From: an uncultured Candidatus Rokubacteria bacterium
Lineage (GTDB): Bacteria > Methylomirabilota > Methylomirabilia > Rokubacteriales > CSP1-6
Length of the DNA: 64,000 nt
Assembly: GCA_963747235.1 (NCBI GenBank)
Contig: CAVVEU010000005.1
Span: forward strand, 1 to 64,000
Reading direction: 5' to 3'
The position numbers were made by a program, and so were the translations under genes. Under the pieces are notes generated by a model, which was not told where the DNA came from, searched no databases, and saw only the letters and a list, made by a program, of their open reading frames with translations. Within the stretch, counting starts at the first letter, position 1. Each line of letters starts with the position of its first letter. Shown here in pieces: positions 63,772-64,000 of this stretch.

Positions 63772-64000
63772 ATGGCCGCTCTTCCGCTGATCCCATCCAC
63801 CGTCGTCGGCTCGCACGGCAAGGCCGGCTGGTGGTTCACCGCCGTGAAGGCCTACGAGGCCGGAGACATGGGGCCCGGCGACCTCGAGGAGATGTTCGAC
63901 GACGCCGCCGACACCGCGATCCGCGACATGGAGCGGGCCGGCCTCGACATCATCACCGACGGGGAGGTGCGCCGCCTCGACGGCTACGTGGATTCCTACT
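63772..64000 (+). CDS. Second MetE-core family protein, N-terminal part (runs off window)
   Basis: MAALPLIPSTVVGSHG..FDDAADTAIRDMERAGLDIITDGEVRR; RBS AAGGAGG. Confidence 0.85.
   Translation, partial: MAALPLIPSTVVGSHGKAGWWFTAVKAYEAGDMGPGDLEEMFDDAADTAIRDMERAGLDIITDGEVRRLDGYVDSY

Overview
High-GC bacterial chromosomal segment, almost fully coding. Gene style and the expanded Tat-exported COG2984/PF04392 solute-binding proteins suggest Candidatus Rokubacteria (Methylomirabilota); this is inference only. Many genes carry 1-2 nt indels, including housekeeping genes, most likely long-read sequencing errors. Content in order: SDR (partial); acyl-CoA synthetase and hot-dog dehydratase; namZ-MFS-nagZ; a lower-GC tandem array of four orphan ABC substrate-binding protein (SBP) genes ending at a double-truncation junction; PaaI; CDF; pirin; AurF-like diiron protein; SSS symporter; an operon of exported TPR-CHAT protease, CHASE2 cyclase and FecR/DUF928-like TPR protein; mlaC; sugar kinase; APC permease; several small enzymes; a hybrid kinase; a 2-hydroxyisobutyrate module (hcmB-hcl-hcmA) coupled to epoxide hydrolase, metallophosphoesterase and a second CHASE2 cyclase; LLM oxidoreductase; double-REC protein; hemE-hemH-hemY; ThDP decarboxylase; CHASE kinase; citrate synthase-aconitase-prpF-ACAD-ECH; two MetE-core paralogues; and a liv-type ABC operon interrupted by a fifth SBP copy. 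A palindromic REP/MITE-like repeat occurs five times. No rRNA, tRNA, CRISPR array, integrase or transposase was seen. Best candidates for something new: the exported CHAT protease/non-canonical cyclase module, the cassette-like SBP array, and the HCM-epoxide hydrolase locus.
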